IMG/VR virus record: IMGVR_UViG_3300025450_000021
Location: 1 to 17,668 of that record
Origin: a virus
Taxonomy: Duplodnaviria; Heunggongvirae; Uroviricota; Caudoviricetes
DNA: 17,668 nucleotides
Strand: one strand, 5' to 3'
Part shown: positions 6,787-12,400 of the stretch, one piece after another
How positions within the stretch are numbered: position 1 is the stretch's first letter
Layout of the letters: every line of letters begins with the position of its first letter
Position numbers and translations under genes: made by a program
Notes under the pieces: generated by a model
Databases searched by the model: none
Told to the model about the DNA's origin: nothing
What the model saw: the letters and a program-made list of their open reading frames with translations, nothing else

Positions 6787-7682
6787 TTGATATAACCTCT
6801 GCTGTAACCCTTCGGACGATTAACGCCGTCCGCAAACGCTTGTTGCCATTCTGTAGTACGATTGTAACATCTTGTCCAAAAAGAATCAACCTCTAAGTAG
6901 CCTTTTTCAATCCAATATTTTGCCATATGCATACAATCTATAAATTCTGGATTGCGTGGACTTGGTTTGATGGTAGTAACAGCCTTCCAAAGTTGAGCCT
7001 GTGCTTCTTGTTTGCTAACAGCCTTGCCAACTCCGTCGATAATGACCGCATTGTTATTTAGGTTAATCTGTGTACCTAGCTCATAGTTACCACTTAGATC
7101 GATAACAATATCATAGTTTTCAATAGTACTGGACAATAGTTTATCCTTCCATAGGGCTCGATTACTATGTCCTAGCACATCCACGTGGAAGATATAACCA
7201 TTTAGCCGTAGTGTATGATAAGCTACCCAGGCAAGAAACCCACTGCCAATAATTAGTACTCTGTTATTTTCATTTCTGCCTTGCTTGTCCTGGAAATACG
7301 TCTTAGATTGATTAATAAGATTAATGCCACAAGCTACAGGTTCTAAAATGTAACGAGGATGTGCTTCGGGAATTTTAACATATTCATCTTCTTTAACATT
7401 GTAGTAGTCGGCATAGGCCGGTTCACCACGTGTAGCAACAAAGTCACCGATATTAACTGTTCGTACTTGAGAACCAATATTAGTCACTTGACCGATACCT
7501 TCGTGCCCTTGCATGTGCAATGGTAGTGGCCCGAAATCGCCCATCATCATGTCGATGTCACTGCGACAAACACCAGTCATAACTGCTTTAACTTCAATTT
7601 CGTTAAATGCTATATCGTTTTTGGCATAATCTACTTCTTTGAATACACCGTCGCCGACAGTTTGTAAACATTTAACCATCAT
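6777..7682 (-). CDS. Zn-dependent medium-chain dehydrogenase/reductase (sugar/polyol dehydrogenase-like)
   Basis: GVCRSD (catalytic Zn Cys), GHEGIGQV...G..V....IGDFV, LEPVACG and Rossmann VLIIGSGFLA. Lacks the structural-Zn 4-Cys lobe. Start reassigned to 7682/7679 (overlap with upstream TGA). Confidence 0.88.
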   Translation of the reverse strand: MMVKCLQTVGDGVFKEVDYAKNDIAFNEIEVKAVMTGVCRSDIDMMMGDFGPLPLHMQGHEGIGQVTNIGSQVRTVNIGDFVATRGEPAYADYYNVKEDEYVKIPEAHPRYILEPVACGINLINQSKTYFQDKQGRNENNRVLIIGSGFLAWVAYHTLRLNGYIFHVDVLGHSNRALWKDKLLSSTIENYDIVIDLSGNYELGTQINLNNNAVIIDGVGKAVSKQEAQAQLWKAVTTIKPSPRNPEFIDCMHMAKYWIEKGYLEVDSFWTRCYNRTTEWQQAFADGVNRPKGYSRGYIKWD

Positions 7683-8560
7683 AAAACTTCGATTTGTTTG
7701 TGTATCCATATATCTTGTTCTAGTTGTTTTTGCCAGAAGTTATCGTTATTTAGGTTTTCAACAGCATCTTTAATCATATTTAGGTAAGCATCTTCCGGAC
7801 ACCAACCTAAATCAAAACGTTCTACTGTGTTATCTTGCATTATAAACTCTATGGCACTATTTTCATAGTCCATACTTCGCCAATTAGCACTACAATGCCA
7901 TTTATTACCAAAGTTTATATTACACTTGTCATCCACATCGTATGTGCCATTCGGATTAACAACGCCATACTCTGTACTATCTATGTCTTTTAGTTCCCAC
8001 ATCATCTGTGCGCCTCGACCATTTACTTGATCCTTGCGCCAATCAGGATTCATAGCAATATATAGACTTAGCAAGTGAGGCATTAAGTCTCGACTAACTC
8101 CGCCAAAAGCCAGTTTGCGTGTAGTAAACCAACTGCCGGGACTAGGTATACAGTTCTTACGTGTCCATTCGATATTTACGGACTTAGCTCGCCTTGCTGA
8201 TTCTGATAATTCGGTAATATTACTACGCCACATATTGTTTTTAACCATCATAAAGCGTGTACTTGGAAATGTCTTAACTAAGGTATACCATATATTACTA
8301 GTGCTGACGCCAGGTTTTTCGATAAACACCATACTAGAACATTTAGCAACCTTAGTAGCAATATCAAAGTGTGTAAAATTAGGAGTACAAATATGTACTG
8401 TATCAAACATATGACATGCTACAATAGCCGCATCCACTGTTAAAAAGTCTGCACCTTTAGCAGGATCGCTATCTACAGTAACAATACCGTGACCAAGTTT
8501 ACCTAATACGGTAGCATATAGATTGCCAATACCCATGCCTACAACAAGACTAGTTTTCAT
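7679..8560 (-). CDS. Gfo/Idh/MocA family NAD(P)-dependent oxidoreductase
   Basis: N-terminal Rossmann LVVGMGIG, VHICTPNFTH, the family EKP motif (VFIEKPG) and GGVSRDLMPH (GG...D...H catalytic motif). Confidence 0.9.
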   Translation of the reverse strand: MKTSLVVGMGIGNLYATVLGKLGHGIVTVDSDPAKGADFLTVDAAIVACHMFDTVHICTPNFTHFDIATKVAKCSSMVFIEKPGVSTSNIWYTLVKTFPSTRFMMVKNNMWRSNITELSESARRAKSVNIEWTRKNCIPSPGSWFTTRKLAFGGVSRDLMPHLLSLYIAMNPDWRKDQVNGRGAQMMWELKDIDSTEYGVVNPNGTYDVDDKCNINFGNKWHCSANWRSMDYENSAIEFIMQDNTVERFDLGWCPEDAYLNMIKDAVENLNNDNFWQKQLEQDIWIHKQIEVL

Positions 8561-8810
8561 TTGTAAACTTCTTCCCTTCTTCCCAATACTTAATCATACG
8601 TTGTACATCTTCCATCCGTTCGGTTATAACTTCTGGAGCCGCACGTTCGATTTCTTTTAAATTATGATAGCTAGGATAATGACGCAAACACCAACGAGCT
8701 TGCTCACGTACTTCTTTTGGAATACGTGGAGTCTTTTGAGGATTCATTAAATCCTGTAAAAATTCTTCTGTTCGCTGTATACTTCTAAAGCGTTCATCAG
8801 GTAATGTCAT
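8550..8810 (-). CDS. Small conserved protein resembling the BPSL0761 family
   Basis: Start reassigned to ATG 8810 (GAGG SD). MTLPDER.R....EEFL..L...PRIPKEVREQAR.CLRHYP matches my recollection of that family. Confidence 0.6.
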   Translation of the reverse strand: MTLPDERFRSIQRTEEFLQDLMNPQKTPRIPKEVREQARWCLRHYPSYHNLKEIERAAPEVITERMEDVQRMIKYWEEGKKFTNEN

Positions 8811-10500
8811 GTACACTGGCCTCGAGTTCGTCAAGTTTGTCACTAACTTCTTCAGAAAAGTCTGGTTCATCTTCTAATTGTACACTCGTTGCGTCTACTT
8901 CGTCAAACAATTCGAAATATTTGGTAGTAGCATTAACTGTCTTTTTACCAGTATAGCCACGTGTTCCGGGAATAGCCATCCAAAATTTACTAAATTCATC
9001 AATAATAGCGTTGGCAGTATCTCGATCATCTGTAGCAAATATAGCTTCGATTACATCTTTAGCATAAAGCCTATCAAATTTTTCTTGTACCAGCATAGTC
9101 GGACACTTACCTGCATCATATTGACGATTGGCTTCCTGTACAGCATTGATATGCATCCAAACATTATGTCCCATCATGATAGCATAGGTAAAACTATCCC
9201 AACTAGTCTTGCCAATCTTACCAATTTTATTCATATCATTTGGACCATAGATACAAATTTCGTTAACTTTGACACCATCCATGATAGGGCTTGTGGTAAA
9301 ACTATCAAAATGTCCGTCTTGTACTACTACGTCTTGGAAGAGTCTTGTGTCTTGAGCGTACTTTTTGTCATCAAGAGACGGCAACATGCGGTAGAGCCAT
9401 TTTTCTCTATCGGTAATTTCTGTTTGGACATAGATTTGTCCATTTGCTGTTGCAAGGAACGGCGAGGCGCAATCAAAAGAGATGGTAAAGTTTTCATTAT
9501 GATATTTCCTTATAGCACGTTGTATGTCGGTTAAAATTAATGCCCACTCTAACTTACTGGTGCCCAAGAAATGCATCCAGTCCTGATGTCCTTTTTCAAG
9601 AAGTCCATCAAAGCGTAACGCCACTAGACGTTTTAACGTCAAGTGAATATCGCACATATTTTGTCCGCCCATAGCCCAACCATTAAATGGTTTGTCATAT
9701 TTCTTAGGATCGCAAAAGTCTTTCATTTGTTGATACCAGTCTTCTGCCTGTGCGTGATTTTCACCTTGTAATACATTTAAGAATTTACAAGCACCTGTGC
9801 GATGTTTAATGAAATATTCATTGTTATACTTGGTTGCCGCTACAGCCTGTTGATAACTTTCAATACCAGTGGCCGCACGTCCAACAGGACTACGTTCAAC
9901 CCATGCAGGAATATCAAGTACCATGCCATAATCCATTAAGGCGTCCATCCAAGCAAGAACTTGTTCACGTTTCTTTTGTGCCGCATCTAACTGTGCTTGA
10001 TACAATTTTGGATGATCAATTTTAGACATTTTAGGATTTCCATTCTTGTCTAATTTAGGATTACCTGTGGCATCTAGTTGTGGAACGAGCTCAACACCTT
10101 TTGCATTAACTTCTATCCATTTGGCCGCAACTTCTGGTCCAAGCGGATCTCGCCATTCACCGGCCCACACACCTTTACCAATTTGGAATCCGCCTGAATC
10201 TCCTAGTACCCAACTAGTACTACGATCTCTATTGCGAAACATATCTTCGCTTGGATCAGGTTTAGTCAAATCTAAATTAGCATGTCCAGCTGAGTACAAA
10301 CAATGGTCAAAGTAAAATGCCGCTTTGGGATTTAGATAGTTCATTGCTTCAACCCCCATGGGTCCAAAGCTAGCAGGAATACGTGCAGGATCAACATAGT
10401 TGCCATACCGTTGTTTACCTATGTATGTACTAAAGAATCCCGACGTTGCCGGCAGGAAGTACGCATAATCATTCTGAGTAGCTGTTAAATTTTTATTCAT
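8797..10500 (-). CDS. dpdA: TGT-fold guanine transglycosylase (DpdA-like DNA 7-deazaguanine insertion enzyme)
   Basis: TGT/DpdA barrel motifs in the expected order: LGDSGGFQ (10183-10200 for DSGGFQ), MVLDIP, NVLQG, GWAMGG, MHFLGT, SFDCASP (nucleophile Asp position) and MGHN. Start reassigned to ATG 10500 (ATGA overlap), giving 567 aa. DNA rather than tRNA as target is inferred from the phage context. Confidence 0.85.
   Translation of the reverse strand: MNKNLTATQNDYAYFLPATSGFFSTYIGKQRYGNYVDPARIPASFGPMGVEAMNYLNPKAAFYFDHCLYSAGHANLDLTKPDPSEDMFRNRDRSTSWVLGDSGGFQIGKGVWAGEWRDPLGPEVAAKWIEVNAKGVELVPQLDATGNPKLDKNGNPKMSKIDHPKLYQAQLDAAQKKREQVLAWMDALMDYGMVLDIPAWVERSPVGRAATGIESYQQAVAATKYNNEYFIKHRTGACKFLNVLQGENHAQAEDWYQQMKDFCDPKKYDKPFNGWAMGGQNMCDIHLTLKRLVALRFDGLLEKGHQDWMHFLGTSKLEWALILTDIQRAIRKYHNENFTISFDCASPFLATANGQIYVQTEITDREKWLYRMLPSLDDKKYAQDTRLFQDVVVQDGHFDSFTTSPIMDGVKVNEICIYGPNDMNKIGKIGKTSWDSFTYAIMMGHNVWMHINAVQEANRQYDAGKCPTMLVQEKFDRLYAKDVIEAIFATDDRDTANAIIDEFSKFWMAIPGTRGYTGKKTVNATTKYFELFDEVDATSVQLEDEPDFSEEVSDKLDELEASVHDIT
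10030..10065 (-). repeat. Short in-frame direct repeat (GNPK-LDKN-GNPK) inside dpdA
   Basis: tttaggatttcc (10030-10041) and tttaggattacc (10054-10065) match at 11/12 positions, with a 24-nt period. Confidence 0.7.
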
Positions 10501-10850
10501 TTTATCCAATGTTGTGCTAGAACCATAAGACTTAACCAAGCCCACATGGTATTAAAACCTACAAGTGTTGGCAATGCCTTTTTACGGCTGGCCCAAATAA
10601 GGGTTACACTGGTTAATAAGGTCAAATAATATAGTTCCCAAATTTGAATACCAAAAATTAATCCAGGAATAATAATAATTGCCTTAGCTAACCAGCTGAT
10701 AAACTCGACTGTATTATAAGCAGTCCAATACTCTTTTGTAAACCACATCATATAGCAGTCACGCATATTGTGCCAACCGCTATGTGTATAGCTAATAACC
10801 ATTAGTATTAGCCATACACCGCATGCTAGCAGTATTTGATCCTGTGTCAT
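10497..10850 (-). CDS. Integral membrane protein (about 4 TM helices), function unknown
   Basis: 117 aa with four hydrophobic segments. Its stop overlaps the dpdA start (ATGA). Confidence 0.8.
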   Translation of the reverse strand: MTQDQILLACGVWLILMVISYTHSGWHNMRDCYMMWFTKEYWTAYNTVEFISWLAKAIIIIPGLIFGIQIWELYYLTLLTSVTLIWASRKKALPTLVGFNTMWAWLSLMVLAQHWIK

Positions 10851-10851
10851 A

Positions 10852-11583
10852 TTATTTGCTCTGTGCTGGTAAGATATAATTGTAAACTGCGATACCGCTA
10901 TCTACTGTAATTTGTAATGCACCTGCATCTGCAATACGCATAGTCTTGTCACCTGATAGTGCCAAAATTGCTTGTACAGCGTTCACAGGCCATGCCCACA
11001 TTTGTTTTAATTTACCAGTAACACCTGATTGGAATATAAAGCTACCTGCGTGTGTATTAGCATCGCCAAAATAAAATACTAAATTTCCATTTTCAGTTTT
11101 AACTTGAAATGTTTTTTCTTCTGTGTGGGCTGCCGCTTGATATTTTAATTTCTGAATACTGGCAACTGCTGGTTCAAATTCAACATCCCATGTAGTTCCT
11201 TTGAATTTAGCACTCTTTAATTTTTCGTTAATGATCTGTTCATTCATAAAACGATAATCATTTTCAAAGTCGCCTAATGCATTTTGAAAATGTAGTCCTG
11301 TTGGAATAATTTCGCCGTTACGGTCTTGTTTAACTACACTGATACCGGCACCTTCTTTATATTCTGGGCATTTTAAATGCAAATCTAGTTTATTAAGATC
11401 CGGCATACCAAATACGCCTTCCAACTGGTCGATTGGGTTATGTGTTTTTGCATCAACAATAACCGAACGATCTTCGGCAATCGATTCTATCTTAGTTTCT
11501 TTAGTAGTAGAACTAACTCTAACCAACGGCAAAAAGCCCAGGCTGTGTGTATGTGCTACTAGGTCTTGTAAAAAGTCTTTCAT
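10852..11583 (-). CDS. DNA polymerase sliding clamp (gp45-like)
   Basis: 243 aa with a two-domain beta-rich pattern, near polB, and C-terminal YNYILPA as in phage clamps. Start reassigned to ATG 11583 because the track's first codons contain the GGAG SD. Based on overall pattern and context, not a diagnostic motif. Confidence 0.72.
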   Translation of the reverse strand: MKDFLQDLVAHTHSLGFLPLVRVSSTTKETKIESIAEDRSVIVDAKTHNPIDQLEGVFGMPDLNKLDLHLKCPEYKEGAGISVVKQDRNGEIIPTGLHFQNALGDFENDYRFMNEQIINEKLKSAKFKGTTWDVEFEPAVASIQKLKYQAAAHTEEKTFQVKTENGNLVFYFGDANTHAGSFIFQSGVTGKLKQMWAWPVNAVQAILALSGDKTMRIADAGALQITVDSGIAVYNYILPAQSK

Positions 11584-11603
11584 ATGATTCTCCATGTTTG
11601 TTT

Positions 11604-11631
11604 ATTATATAGGTTTTTGTGACTATGTCAA
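11604..11631 (-). promoter_or_regulatory. Sigma70-type promoter upstream of the clamp gene (TTGACA-N16-TATAAT)
   Basis: TTGACA (11631-11626) and TATAAT (11609-11604). Shares an identical 15-mer around the -10 with the folE promoter. Confidence 0.8.
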
Positions 11632-12399
11632 TGTTTTTCTAACTCGTTTATTGTATTTTACTGCCGATTCTACCAATGTGTGAGATATTTGTACACTATC
11701 AGCATAATGTATAAATGCATTTGTATCCTTGGGGAAACAAGCACCACCAAATCCTCTACTGCCGTCGGAACCTGGAACTTGCATATGGCTACTACCCATA
11801 CGCTCATCCAACTTTAACAGTTCAATAATTGTATTATAATCTGCACCATTTAATTGACACATATCATAAATTTGATTAAAGAACGCTACCTTGACACTTA
11901 GGAAACAATTAGTGGTATATTTCAACATACTTGCTTCTGTCAGTGTGCAATATTCAATTGTATTTAGGTTTTTAAGTGAACTAGTAAATAATTCACTCCA
12001 AATATTGTTGGGGTTAGCACCGCCTAAAATCATATATTCTTGATTAGCAAAGTCTTCGTTAGCACTTACCGCACGTAAAAATTCTGGACTATACGCAATA
12101 CTATGTTTAGGAAAATCTGTTACAATCTTATTCAAATAGTCTGGACGTACGGTACATTTGATCAATACCGGCATAGATTCGGGAACTTGTTCCATTACAC
12201 TATAGATTTGACTAACATCACAATCTCCTAATTGTGTACTAGGAGTACCAACACAAATAATAACCCCGTCTGCATCTGGGTAGTGTTTTATTTCTCCAGT
12301 TGTATATTTTGGATCGACAACGTGTATTATAGTTTCTTTCAATGAGTTGGCTACTGCTTTGCCAACAAATCCGTGACCCGCAATTATAATTTTTTTCAT
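11623..12399 (-). CDS. UDP-glucose/GDP-mannose dehydrogenase family protein (short form, no C-terminal domain)
   Basis: GHGFVG Rossmann motif, ICVGTP, IKCTV, YSPEFLR, EASMLKYTTNCF..KVAFFN and GFGGACFPKD with the catalytic Cys and Lys. Start reassigned to ATG 12399, giving 258 aa. Confidence 0.9.
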   Translation of the reverse strand: MKKIIIAGHGFVGKAVANSLKETIIHVVDPKYTTGEIKHYPDADGVIICVGTPSTQLGDCDVSQIYSVMEQVPESMPVLIKCTVRPDYLNKIVTDFPKHSIAYSPEFLRAVSANEDFANQEYMILGGANPNNIWSELFTSSLKNLNTIEYCTLTEASMLKYTTNCFLSVKVAFFNQIYDMCQLNGADYNTIIELLKLDERMGSSHMQVPGSDGSRGFGGACFPKDTNAFIHYADSVQISHTLVESAVKYNKRVRKTLT

Positions 12400-12400
12400 A

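Noticed and set aside
8878-9534. 218-aa plus-strand ORF
   Set aside because: It lies entirely antisense to dpdA, has no recognisable motif or SD, and its Ile/Phe/Ser-rich composition is typical of a shadow frame.
8797-10500. Annotation as a canonical tRNA-guanine transglycosylase (tgt)
   Set aside because: It lacks the canonical Zn-binding CxCxxC and typical length. The phage context with folE and a DpdL-like gene favours a DNA-acting DpdA, although tRNA activity is not excluded.
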